In this document: positions 17,605-27,028 of the stretch, piece after piece
Position numbering within the stretch: position 1 is the stretch's first letter
How the letters are laid out: each line of letters starts with the position of its first letter
NCBI GenBank assembly: GCA_012974305.1
Contig: JAAXQN010000213.1
Span: 1-52,509 of the forward strand
Length of the DNA stretch: 52,509 nt
Source: Candidatus Methylomirabilis sp.
GTDB lineage: Bacteria; Methylomirabilota; Methylomirabilia; Methylomirabilales; CSP1-5
Direction: 5' to 3'
Position numbers and translations under genes: made by a program
Notes under the pieces: model-generated
The model's input: only the letters and a program-made list of their open reading frames with translations
The model's database searches: none
What the model was told of the DNA's origin: nothing

Positions 17605-19250
17605 TCCGACCGCCGTGGAGAGTCGTGGGGAGAACTGCCCTCGGGGCACTCAGCGTCTTTTTACTCGGGATGCTCTTGTATCTCGGAGAGGGTTTCCGTC
17701 CCGCCACCGTTGCCGGGCAGGCAAGCCAAGCCTTGGCCAAGTCTCCCTGGCCCAAGTACCGCGGTGATAAGACGCTTACTGGTCGAAGCACCCACACCGG
17801 ACCCGCATCGAACCGGCTCAGGTGGACCTTCTCAACGGGCAGGCGGGACAAGGAAGGAGGAATCGAAACGGACCCGGTGATCGGTCCGGACGGGACCGTC
17901 TATTTTGGGGCGAACAACGGGATCTTTTACGCGCTCGACCCCGACAACGGGGATATCCGTTGGGCCTTTCCGACCGGCTTTGACATCTTTGCGATTTATT
18001 CCTCGCCCTATGTCGACTCGAACGGGATCGTCTATTTTGGCGCCAAGGACGGGACCGTGTACGCTCTGAGGGCACCGCCCAGGGGGATCATGGGAGAGGT
18101 GGTATGGTCCTTTAACATCGGAACCACAATTCAGACCTCGCCGACCTTCACCCCTGATGGGACCCTTGTCATCGGTGCCGACGACTGGGCCTATTACGGG
18201 ATCACCCCACCTCAAGGGACCGCGGGCCCGAAGGTGAAGTGGCGGTTTCAGACGCAAGGGACCCTCATCACCTCTCCCGCGGTAGACGCCGATGGGACCG
18301 TTTATGTGGCTTCAATGGATGGGAAGGTCTACGCCCTCGAGCCGCCCAAGGACGCGGGACAGCCGGTTAAGGTTCGGTGGACGTTCAGCTCGGGGGCGCG
18401 GGATGCCGAAGGGGGATTCGAGAACGCCCCAGCCATCGACGACAAGGGAACACTATACATCGCTGGAAACAACGGGATCCTCTATGCCCTTGATTCGAAG
18501 ACGGGAGAGGAGAAATGGACCTTCGATGCCGTGGCGCGGGCTGGTTACCGGACGTTTGCGATCTTCTCTTCGGCCGCCATCGGGTCAGAGCAAACCATTT
18601 ATTTTGGGGGAAAGAACGGTGTCCTGTATGCCATCCGCGAGAGCAGAGGCTTCTTCTCGACTGGTGCAAAAATTCTTTGGCGGTACAATTTGGGGCCGGG
18701 CATTCAGACCTCTCCCCTGCTTGCGGTCGACGGGACGATCTACCTCGGCGATGAGAAAGGGACCTTCCATGCGGTTCGGCCCCCCGAATCAGGCGAGTGG
18801 TCAACTCCTCTGTGGAAGTTCGCCACGAAGGGGATCTTGATCTCTTCCGCCGCCCTCGCAGCTGATGGGACCCTCTATACCGCCTCGATGGACGGAAACG
18901 CATACGCCTTTCACGACACAAAAAAGGGGAAACCTTCCCAAGGGCCCCTATCAGGCACGTGGTACGGTACCTACAGCGATTCCGGCAGCATGGGACGAAT
19001 CACCCTCGTGCTCGTGCAGAGAGGCGAGGAAATTCAAGGGGTCTGGAGGGTAGAGGGGGGTTCCCGAGGCTCTCTGGAAGGAAAGGCGGAAGCGGGCGGG
19101 GGAAGCTTTGCCCTCCGTCCATTGTCGGAAAAATGTCCGGGAAGTGGCGAAGGCACCATCAGGATCGACGGCACAAAGCTCAGTGGCGAGTACCGTGGCC
19201 AGGATTGCCGGGGGAAGATCGACGATGGCAAATTCGAAGTACAGCGGTAA
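17601..19250 (+). CDS. Membrane-anchored PQQ-like (BamB-type) beta-propeller repeat protein
   Basis: 'DGTVYFGANNGIFYALD..G...W' blades recur many times. N-terminal TM anchor. ATGA overlap with the upstream GT2. Confidence 0.8.
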   Translation: MIRPPWRVVGRTALGALSVFLLGMLLYLGEGFRPATVAGQASQALAKSPWPKYRGDKTLTGRSTHTGPASNRLRWTFSTGRRDKEGGIETDPVIGPDGTVYFGANNGIFYALDPDNGDIRWAFPTGFDIFAIYSSPYVDSNGIVYFGAKDGTVYALRAPPRGIMGEVVWSFNIGTTIQTSPTFTPDGTLVIGADDWAYYGITPPQGTAGPKVKWRFQTQGTLITSPAVDADGTVYVASMDGKVYALEPPKDAGQPVKVRWTFSSGARDAEGGFENAPAIDDKGTLYIAGNNGILYALDSKTGEEKWTFDAVARAGYRTFAIFSSAAIGSEQTIYFGGKNGVLYAIRESRGFFSTGAKILWRYNLGPGIQTSPLLAVDGTIYLGDEKGTFHAVRPPESGEWSTPLWKFATKGILISSAALAADGTLYTASMDGNAYAFHDTKKGKPSQGPLSGTWYGTYSDSGSMGRITLVLVQRGEEIQGVWRVEGGSRGSLEGKAEAGGGSFALRPLSEKCPGSGEGTIRIDGTKLSGEYRGQDCRGKIDDGKFEVQR

Positions 19251-19256
19251 TCGCCT

Positions 19257-20636
19257 ATGGGTTCGCCTACTCAGCGTGAGGGAAGCGACCCTCTGATGGC
19301 TGCGCCACAGACCACTCCCCTTCCGATTGGCGGACGCGTCCTGGCACGTCCCTCAACGTCGCTCGCCCCGCGCATCATGATCCTCGGCGGCGGATTCGCA
19401 GGCGTGACCACCGCCCTCGAGCTGGCCAAACGGACCGCCGGCGTCTTGCCAGTCGACATTACCCTCGTGAGCGAGCAAAATTTCTTTTTATTCACTCCCA
19501 TGCTGGCCGAGGCTGCCACCGGAGCCGTCGAGACTCGTCACGTCCTCTATCCCATCCGTCCCCTGTGTGGGAAATGGGGCGTTGAATTCGGAGAGATGTC
19601 GGTCGAGGCCATCGATCTCGATCGGCGCCGAGTGATCGTCCGCCATCGCCGGTCAGCGGTCCGCCAGCGGGTGCACTATGACAAGCTCGTGCTTGCCCTT
19701 GGCGCCACCCCCACCGTGGACATCGCCCCCGGAGCGGCGGAGCACGCCCTGCCCTTCAAGGAGGCAGGGGACGCCATGCGTATTCGCAACCATGTGATCA
19801 ACCTTTTTGAATCGGCCGCCTTGACAGACGATCCCTGGGTCCAGCGGCAACTCCTCACGTTCATCGTGGTGGGAGCGGGTCACGCCGGGACCGAGCTGAT
19901 GGCCGCCCTGGAGGAACTGACGCGTGGAATCCTCCTCTCACACTATCCCTCGATTCGCCAAGACAGCGTACGCCTCGTCCTCGTCGGAAGCACTATCCTT
20001 CCCCAGACGGTGACGAAGCTTGCTGCTTATGCCCAGGAGCAACTGCTTGCCCGAGGGATCGAGCATGAGAAGGCACGGGCTGCCGCGGTATCACGGGAAG
20101 GACTGACCCTCAAAGACGGGCGCACCATCCCGAGCCAGTGTGTCATTTGGACTGCCGGAACCCGGGTGAGCCCTGTGGTGGCCAGCCTCCACCTCCCCAA
20201 AGCGCGGGACGACCGCTTGAAAGTGAACGAATTCTTCGAAGTCGAGGGGGCGCGTGACGTATACGCGCTGGGTGATAATGCTGCCCAGATCAATCCTCAT
20301 ACCGGAGCCCCCTACGTGGCAACCGCTCAGGTGGCTATCCGCCAAGCACGGGCGCTCGCGGACGTGTTGGAGGCAGAGCTTACCGGCGGGCAGAAGAAAC
20401 CTTTCCGGTTCCGGGTACTTGGAGAGATGGTACCTCTCAGTCGGCGGACCGCCGTCGCCGATCTGAGTGGGGTCAAGCTCGTCGGCTTTCCGGCCTGGTT
20501 TATCTGGAAAACCATCTACATGCTAAAGCTCCCCACCCTGGCGGCCCGCGTGCGGGTCGTCCTGGACTGGACGGTCGAGCTGTTCTTCGAGCGAGATGTT
20601 TCGGAACTCACCGTCAAGCCAGAGCAAGAGACCTGA
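19257..20636 (+). CDS. ndh: Type II NADH dehydrogenase-like FAD/NAD(P) oxidoreductase (NDH-2)
   Basis: The first dinucleotide fold is 'ILGGGFAGVTTALEL' and the second is 'IVVGAGHAGTELMAAL'. A 'GD' motif lies near the C-terminus. The start is uncertain (19257 or 19296). Confidence 0.75.
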   Translation: MGSPTQREGSDPLMAAPQTTPLPIGGRVLARPSTSLAPRIMILGGGFAGVTTALELAKRTAGVLPVDITLVSEQNFFLFTPMLAEAATGAVETRHVLYPIRPLCGKWGVEFGEMSVEAIDLDRRRVIVRHRRSAVRQRVHYDKLVLALGATPTVDIAPGAAEHALPFKEAGDAMRIRNHVINLFESAALTDDPWVQRQLLTFIVVGAGHAGTELMAALEELTRGILLSHYPSIRQDSVRLVLVGSTILPQTVTKLAAYAQEQLLARGIEHEKARAAAVSREGLTLKDGRTIPSQCVIWTAGTRVSPVVASLHLPKARDDRLKVNEFFEVEGARDVYALGDNAAQINPHTGAPYVATAQVAIRQARALADVLEAELTGGQKKPFRFRVLGEMVPLSRRTAVADLSGVKLVGFPAWFIWKTIYMLKLPTLAARVRVVLDWTVELFFERDVSELTVKPEQET

Positions 20637-20637
20637 C

Positions 20638-22050
20638 ATGAATGAAGGTCCCATACGGAAACCCGTCAAGGCTCGCTTGCCGGTCTGGCGTCGACTCGGG
20701 GTGCGCCTGGGTGCCAGCTTCCTTCTGGTCACCGCAGTCGCGATCTTCCTGAGCGGTCTCCTCCAATACTGGGACCAGAAGGAGCGGCTCCGGGAAAACT
20801 TGGCATCCCGGCTGCTGGCTATAGCGGGTACCGGTGCTTTGTTACTGGACGGGGACCTTCACCAGCGGGTTGTGACGGAAGGAGGGAAAGACACACCGGC
20901 CCATGAAAAGATCCGTTCACAGCTCCTGCAGATTGAGAAGACAAACCAGCTCAGGGACCGGGTCTATACACTCGTTGACGTCAAGGGGGATAAGGCGAAG
21001 TTCGCCGTCTTTAGCCGGGGAGAAGAATCGATTGGAAAGCATTATTCGCTTGCTCGGGAGACTCAGCCTATCCTGCATCAGGTTCTGAAGGAGGGGAAAC
21101 CAGCATACACGGACATCTACACGAACGTGCACGGAACCTGGATTACCGCGTTTGCCCCAATCCAAAATACGGCAGGTGAAATCGTGGCCACTCTGGAGGT
21201 CGACTACCGGGTTGACGTCTATCTCGAGCAGTTGAGGACGATAATGCTCTGGCTCTACATCAACTCGCTGGCCGGTGCCATGCTCGCACTGGTGGCTGGG
21301 GTGATTCTCGCCCGGCAAATCACCCGCCCCGTGGGCCAACTGTCAAGGATGGCCCGGCGGGTCGTTGAGGGAGACCTCACCACTCCGGAACGCATTAAGT
21401 CCCGAGACGAGATTGGCCTGCTCGGCAACGTGCTCCACCTCGTGGTCGAGCGGGTCCACCTTTCCCACCGGAACGTGGTGGATGTTCTGGTGCGGGTGGT
21501 ACAGGCACAGAGCAGAGAGACCGGGTCACTTTCGCAATTAGCGGGTGCCGCGCTCGCCCTGGCGGATCGCTTGGACCTCTCCACTACTCAGCGCGAGGCG
21601 TTAGAGCTGGGTGCGCTACTCCACGATATCGGCGAGATCCGCGTCCCTGATGCAGTGCTGGAAAAGGCTGGTCCATTGACGCCCGAGGAACGGGGACTCG
21701 TCCAGCAGCATCCTGCGTGGGGTGTGGAGATCCTCGAGACAGTACCGGTGCTCACCCCGGCCCTTGATGTGGTTGGTGGACATCACGAGCGATACGACGG
21801 CGGTGGGTACCCCCAAGGCCTGCGCGGGGAAGAAATCCCTCTCACGGCCCGGATCTTTGCGGTAGTGGACTCGCTGGACGCCATGATCCACGACCGGCCG
21901 CACCGGCGTGCCCGCCCGGTTTCCGAGGCGCTGGAGGAGCTGCAGAGAGAGTCGCAGAAGCAGTTTGACCCGCGGTTCGTGGATGCGGCTCTGAAAATCC
22001 CGCCAGAGCGTTGGGCGGAGCTGTTAGTTCGCCATGTGAGCACTGAATGA
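20638..22050 (+). CDS. Membrane sensor protein with HAMP and HD-GYP domains (cyclic-di-GMP phosphodiesterase type)
   Basis: 'LHDIGEIRVP', 'HHERYDGGGYPQGL' and 'DSLDAM' motifs follow a HAMP-like linker after the second TM segment. The ATG at 20638 lies 1 nt after the upstream stop. Confidence 0.85.
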   Translation: MNEGPIRKPVKARLPVWRRLGVRLGASFLLVTAVAIFLSGLLQYWDQKERLRENLASRLLAIAGTGALLLDGDLHQRVVTEGGKDTPAHEKIRSQLLQIEKTNQLRDRVYTLVDVKGDKAKFAVFSRGEESIGKHYSLARETQPILHQVLKEGKPAYTDIYTNVHGTWITAFAPIQNTAGEIVATLEVDYRVDVYLEQLRTIMLWLYINSLAGAMLALVAGVILARQITRPVGQLSRMARRVVEGDLTTPERIKSRDEIGLLGNVLHLVVERVHLSHRNVVDVLVRVVQAQSRETGSLSQLAGAALALADRLDLSTTQREALELGALLHDIGEIRVPDAVLEKAGPLTPEERGLVQQHPAWGVEILETVPVLTPALDVVGGHHERYDGGGYPQGLRGEEIPLTARIFAVVDSLDAMIHDRPHRRARPVSEALEELQRESQKQFDPRFVDAALKIPPERWAELLVRHVSTE

Positions 22051-22104
22051 CTCAAGGGTAACCCACATGGCGCCCGTGAGTGCTAATTGCCGTGTGCGGC
22101 CACT

Positions 22105-24768
22105 ATGATCATGGATCTTCTCATCACTATTCGGCATCGTCCCTCACCAACAGCTCCCCGCACATTAGGGCTACTCTCTTTCATCCCTTGGCTCCAGTTG
22201 TTCGGCGCACTGTTGGCTTTCGTACTCATCGCTTTCTTTACCGCGACGCAAAGCGATCTCTCCAACTATATCTCCCCGGGAGAAAGTCCGTTCTTCCAGT
22301 GGATCAGGATCCACATCACCGAGTTCCTCTGGCTTGGGCTCGCGTACCTCGTGCTCACCTCGATCCTGCAGTACGTGGCAATGCGCGGCGCTCGCGAGAA
22401 CTTTCCCCGTGCCGTGACTGCTTTGGTGGGGCTGGAATTGTGCGCGGTTGGCATGCTCGCGTACGCGCTCGTCTACCGGTGGGACGGGCTGTTGGGCTGG
22501 GGACACACGCTGCTCCAATTATCTCTCTTAGTCCAGATTTATCTGATGCTCTGGCGCCTGCACGAACCAGCGCCAAAGCAACCCGATCGCATTCTGGAGT
22601 TCCGGGACACAGGTGGTGTGCTATTTCTCTCGTCGCTTTTCTTCTTCGCTGCTCTCCCCGTGTTCGTCGATCCCTCCTGGCAGCACATGCAGCAATATAC
22701 GCAGTTGGATTCCAGCCGTGAGCTCATCCTGAGTCGACTCTTCCCGGCAGTGATTTCAGGTGTGACCGGCATGTGGTTCGGGATCGGGACCTTGGTGTTG
22801 TTGGCCGGGGTGCGGTTTTTCTCGAGGAGACTGGACGTCTACCCGCGCCTGCGGAGCTGGGTCCCCTTCCTTCCCTTCTTCTCCATCGCTGGACTCTATG
22901 TCGCGCTATGCCTGATGTCCCTGGCGTATGCGATCGCATGGGAGCTCCGTGCGCTCCGCCTCGACACTGCCTTAGCGCCCCTGTTCATTTTTCTGGCTGG
23001 AGGCGGAGGAGCCGTGAGTTACGCCGCCTTTCGACGGATTGCACCCCTTGCTCCCCGAAATAGCGGCCACAGCCTGATCGGAATGATCACCCTCTCCATG
23101 GGAGCTGCGCTGGTATTCCCGGTCACGTGGCTCCTAACCCGCCGCGGGTGCGGTCGATGGGCCTGGCGGCTTGTGCTGGCCTCTTCGCTGTTGGCACCTC
23201 TGGTATTGGGGTACTTGGTGGTGTACGGTGATCTTTTTAATCCCTGGTACACGGTGTTTTCCTACCTAAAAGGCGCCATGTTGAAGATCGCCGCCGTGAT
23301 CGCGGCGGGAATCCAAGTCTTAATCTTTGAGGAGCTTCGCGTATCTGACTCAGTCCGCCAGACTGAAACAAAGAGGCGGTGGGTTGTGATTGCTGCCACC
23401 GTTGCCGCAGGGTTCCTTCCGTTCGCTGCGCTTGAGCAATACCGAGAAATCAAGGCCTCCATGTTAGAGTCCAACGAGTTCAGTATCGTCGATGCGACCT
23501 ATGCGAGAGCGTTGTCCGATCTCGTGGGAGCAGAAAGTTGGGCCCGCCTGGGTCAGGATCCAAAGCCCAACCACCATCAAGAACCTTGGCCCCTCCCCTG
23601 GACCTTAAAAAAAACCGGTCCCTCTCTCCTTCCTGAGAATTTCAATCTCATCGTGATTGTCGTGGATGCGCTCCGCGGGGATGCCTTTCACTCCTCAGGA
23701 TATTATCGCAATCTCACTCCCTTTTTGGACCAGTGGGCCAACGAGGAAGCCATTGCTTTCCGCCGAGCCTATAGTCAGGGAGGCGGAACGTTCGCTGCCT
23801 TTCCCTTCTTGGTTGCTGGAAGAAGCCGTTTTACCATGTATGGGCCACATCTGCAGCACGAGAATCTCTTTTTCAAGATCGCACAAGCCGAGGGCATACA
23901 AAAGATAATGGTGGTGAAGGAGTTCGGACCTCGGGCGATATTTCCCCCAGATTATCCGGTCATCGAATTGCGTGGATCACGGCCCGCTAGTGATCAACAC
24001 TCGGTTCCTGCCGACGAAGTGTTCGGCTGGGCCCAAGATGCCATTACGAAGCATGTCAAGGGGGAACGGTTCCTTGCCTTTCTCCACCTGATGGATGTGC
24101 ATAATGATCTGTGGAAGAAAGCAGATGGCATAGACTTTGGCAACAGCCTGAGGGACCTCTACGACAACAACCTTTCGTATGTGGACAAGGCATTTCACAG
24201 GTTCGTCGTGTGGTTGAAACGCCATGGCATTTACGATCGAACCGTCATCTTACTGATCTCTGACCATGGTGAGCAGTTCTGGGAACATGGAGCAAGCCTT
24301 CACGGCCACACCGTGTACGAAGAGGAGATTCGGATCCCCCTGATCCTGCTGGTGCACGGCATTCGAGGGCAGGTGGATGTTCCGGTGGTCGCCGCAGATA
24401 TAGCGCCCACCTTGGCTGAGCTGGCGGGCTACGCAGTCCATCCGCCATACAACGATCCCCACATGGGGATCTCCCTTGTTCCTCTCCTGCTCGGAAAGGA
24501 ACAGGACCGGTATCTCCACAGGGATATCGTTGGAAGGGCGTCTTTTAAGCGCCGATTCTTTCTGTATCGGAATTGGGAATGGAAATTGGTCTACTCTGCC
24601 GAATTCGATCTTTTGCAGCTGTTCAATACAGTCAAAGACCCCATGGAGAGGAGTAATCTGCTCCAAGAGGAACCGGAGCTGGCAACTGAGCTGGAAATGG
24701 AATTACTGGGATATCTCGAAAAAGTGGAGGGAAAATCCTATCGGAGGCTTCTCTCGAACATTTGGTGA
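22105..24768 (+). CDS. Polytopic membrane protein with C-terminal alkaline-phosphatase-superfamily (sulfatase-like) transferase domain
   Basis: About 430 aa of TM segments are followed by 'IVIVVDALRGD', 'GGGTFAAFP' and 'LISDHGEQFWEHG...HGHTVYEEEIRIPL'. Start uncertain (22087 TTG or 22105 ATG). Confidence 0.8.
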   Translation: MIMDLLITIRHRPSPTAPRTLGLLSFIPWLQLFGALLAFVLIAFFTATQSDLSNYISPGESPFFQWIRIHITEFLWLGLAYLVLTSILQYVAMRGARENFPRAVTALVGLELCAVGMLAYALVYRWDGLLGWGHTLLQLSLLVQIYLMLWRLHEPAPKQPDRILEFRDTGGVLFLSSLFFFAALPVFVDPSWQHMQQYTQLDSSRELILSRLFPAVISGVTGMWFGIGTLVLLAGVRFFSRRLDVYPRLRSWVPFLPFFSIAGLYVALCLMSLAYAIAWELRALRLDTALAPLFIFLAGGGGAVSYAAFRRIAPLAPRNSGHSLIGMITLSMGAALVFPVTWLLTRRGCGRWAWRLVLASSLLAPLVLGYLVVYGDLFNPWYTVFSYLKGAMLKIAAVIAAGIQVLIFEELRVSDSVRQTETKRRWVVIAATVAAGFLPFAALEQYREIKASMLESNEFSIVDATYARALSDLVGAESWARLGQDPKPNHHQEPWPLPWTLKKTGPSLLPENFNLIVIVVDALRGDAFHSSGYYRNLTPFLDQWANEEAIAFRRAYSQGGGTFAAFPFLVAGRSRFTMYGPHLQHENLFFKIAQAEGIQKIMVVKEFGPRAIFPPDYPVIELRGSRPASDQHSVPADEVFGWAQDAITKHVKGERFLAFLHLMDVHNDLWKKADGIDFGNSLRDLYDNNLSYVDKAFHRFVVWLKRHGIYDRTVILLISDHGEQFWEHGASLHGHTVYEEEIRIPLILLVHGIRGQVDVPVVAADIAPTLAELAGYAVHPPYNDPHMGISLVPLLLGKEQDRYLHRDIVGRASFKRRFFLYRNWEWKLVYSAEFDLLQLFNTVKDPMERSNLLQEEPELATELEMELLGYLEKVEGKSYRRLLSNIW

Positions 24769-24793
24769 CACCGTCACCAACACCCTCTGGAAA

Positions 24794-25750
24794 ATGTCCA
24801 CCGCTCTCATGATTGTTGCGGTTGTCGGATGCACGCCGAGCCGTGAGGTCCCCCGCGTCACAACGGTTCCGGTCGGTCAGTGGCCCAACGATGTTGTATT
24901 CGACCCGAGTTCAGATCAAGTCTTTGTCGCCAATGAGGGAAGTGCTACCATTACCGTCCTCCGATCGGATGGGCAGAAGGTGGGTACGACGCCGCTCGCA
25001 ACTAGGGCGCGCCATCTGGCCGTTGATCCTGGGCTCGGCCATCTCTACGCACCGAATGAATGGAGCGCATTCGTTGTCGCCTTCGATACCCGGGATCTCA
25101 AAGAGCGCTTCCGGGTCGCTGTGGGGAGAGGGCCCCATGGGATTGCAGTCGATCCCTCATCCCATCGGGTCTTTGTCGGCAATGAAGGCGAGGGAAGCCT
25201 CACGGCCTTTGATGGCCGGACGGGACAGGTTCTCTTTACGGTCCCGGTGGGACCGGGGCCCGGGGGTGTCGCCGCGGATCCTGTAACCGGACGGATCTTC
25301 GTGGTGAGCGTGAAAACGGATCGGGTCATTGTGGTCGATGGGGAAAAGGGTCGCCGACTCGGCGAGATCCCGGTCGGTCATGGTCCTACTCATCTCGGTG
25401 TTAACGCGGAGACCGGCCTCGTGTACGTCCTGAATACAAAGGCCAACAGTGTTACCGTTTTTGATGGTCGAACCATGGGCCTTCTTGCTACCCTCCCCGT
25501 CGGCAACTACCCCATCGGTATCGCCCTTGATGAGAAGGCAGGGAGGGTCTATATAATAAACAACCGAGCGAATACCCTTTCCATTGTGAATGAGTCGTCA
25601 TTGGAGGTGCTCGGAACGAGCCGGATCCCGCAGAACGTCTCGAACATAACACTCAACTCCTCTGAAGGGCTTCTGTACCTCGCGCTGAAGAGCGACAATC
25701 AGATTGCCCTCATCCGAGTCCGCGACCTCAGATGGAAAACGATGCAATGA
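24794..25750 (+). CDS. YVTN/YncE-type beta-propeller repeat lipoprotein
   Basis: Lipobox 'AVVGC' after the start at ATG 24794. 'P.GIAVDP..GRVFVAN..S.SVTV.D' blades recur. The track ORF starts at 24476, inside the upstream gene. Confidence 0.75.
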   Translation: MSTALMIVAVVGCTPSREVPRVTTVPVGQWPNDVVFDPSSDQVFVANEGSATITVLRSDGQKVGTTPLATRARHLAVDPGLGHLYAPNEWSAFVVAFDTRDLKERFRVAVGRGPHGIAVDPSSHRVFVGNEGEGSLTAFDGRTGQVLFTVPVGPGPGGVAADPVTGRIFVVSVKTDRVIVVDGEKGRRLGEIPVGHGPTHLGVNAETGLVYVLNTKANSVTVFDGRTMGLLATLPVGNYPIGIALDEKAGRVYIINNRANTLSIVNESSLEVLGTSRIPQNVSNITLNSSEGLLYLALKSDNQIALIRVRDLRWKTMQ

Positions 25751-26415
25751 TGCAATTTGCGGTATCGATCATGGCAAAGGCACCACGGGCAGGCGAGGTG
25801 AAGACGAGGCTCTGTCCTCCCCTCTCGACCAATGAAGCAGCTGAGTTGTACCGCTGTTTCCTGCTCGACAAGATTGAACAGGTGAGGACGCTCACCAAGG
25901 CGAGTCCCGCCATCGCCTACACGCCTGACGAAGGAAGGACCTTCTTTGAAGAGTTCGCGCCGGGCTTTGTCTTGCTCCCCCAACGAGGCGCCGATTTGGG
26001 GTTCAGGCTGGCAAATAACTTCGATCAGCTTCTTGGAATGGGATATCAGGGGGCACTCGCCATCGATAGCGACACGCCCACGCTCCCCACTCATTTTTTG
26101 GAGGAGGCCGTCGATCTCATTGCGACACCAACGATCGATCTTGTGCTGGGCCCGAGCGACGATGGCGGCTACTACCTGATTGGGTTACGCAAACTGTACG
26201 GGGAACTGTTTGAGAAGATGGCCTGGAGCACCGCCGATGTCATGCCAGAGACTATCGGGCGGGCCGAGGCCAAGGGGCTGAAGGTGGCCACGCTTCCCCT
26301 CTGGTTCGATGTTGACACCGCCGAGGATCTGGAGCGATTAAAAGCCTCGCTCCAGAATGCACAAGAGGATGCGGCCCGTCATACTCGGAGATTTTTCAAG
26401 GAGCGCACAGAATGA
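25747..26415 (+). CDS. DUF2064 / TIGR04282-like nucleotidyl- or glycosyl-transferase ('transferase 1, rSAM/selenodomain-associated')
   Basis: The 'AKAPRAGEVKTRLCPPL', 'IDSDTPTLP' and 'GPSDDGGYYLIGL' motifs are present. ATG 25747 overlaps the upstream stop as ATGA. Confidence 0.7.
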   Translation: MMQFAVSIMAKAPRAGEVKTRLCPPLSTNEAAELYRCFLLDKIEQVRTLTKASPAIAYTPDEGRTFFEEFAPGFVLLPQRGADLGFRLANNFDQLLGMGYQGALAIDSDTPTLPTHFLEEAVDLIATPTIDLVLGPSDDGGYYLIGLRKLYGELFEKMAWSTADVMPETIGRAEAKGLKVATLPLWFDVDTAEDLERLKASLQNAQEDAARHTRRFFKERTE

Positions 26416-26963
26416 AGAAACCGTCAGAGATCCCGTGGAAGACCCTCTCCAGCAAACCTATCTACAGCAATAAATGGCTCTCCCTCCGAGAAGATGTGGC
26501 AGAGCTGCCCGATGGACGCACGACCATCTATGGCGTGGTCACGTGTGGCCATTGTGTCGGTATCCTCCCCTTCTTAGATCCCGACACCGTGCTGCTGATT
26601 CAGCAATACCGTTACGTGGCCCAACGGGTAACATGGGAGATGCCCACGGGAGGATCCCATGCCGGCGAATCGACTGAGGAGGCGGCCCAACGCGAACTCG
26701 CTGAGGAGATTGGCTACCGCGCCGGCCGACTGGTCCCCGTGAGCACCTATCACACCAGCAAGAGCGTCATGGACGAGACGGCCCACCTCTTTCTCGCCGA
26801 AGAGTTGGTCAAACTGGAGCGGCCGCCCCGCGATGAGACGGAGTTCATTGAGATCCGCCCCTTCCCCTTTCGTGAGGTTCTGCAGATGGTCCTTGCCGGC
26901 GAGATCGTGGATGGCATGACCGTAATTGCCGTACTTCTCGCCGCCCGCCTGAAAACCTGCTGA
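26412..26963 (+). CDS. Nudix hydrolase (ADP-ribose/NDP-sugar pyrophosphatase-like)
   Basis: Nudix box 'GGSHAGESTEEAAQRELAEEIGY'. ATGA overlap with the DUF2064 gene. Confidence 0.85.
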   Translation: MKKPSEIPWKTLSSKPIYSNKWLSLREDVAELPDGRTTIYGVVTCGHCVGILPFLDPDTVLLIQQYRYVAQRVTWEMPTGGSHAGESTEEAAQRELAEEIGYRAGRLVPVSTYHTSKSVMDETAHLFLAEELVKLERPPRDETEFIEIRPFPFREVLQMVLAGEIVDGMTVIAVLLAARLKTC

Positions 26964-27028
26964 TTCCACGCAAAAGGGATTCCCGAACGCACAAAAAACT
27001 TGACCCCTTCGCCCTAGACTCAGAACAT

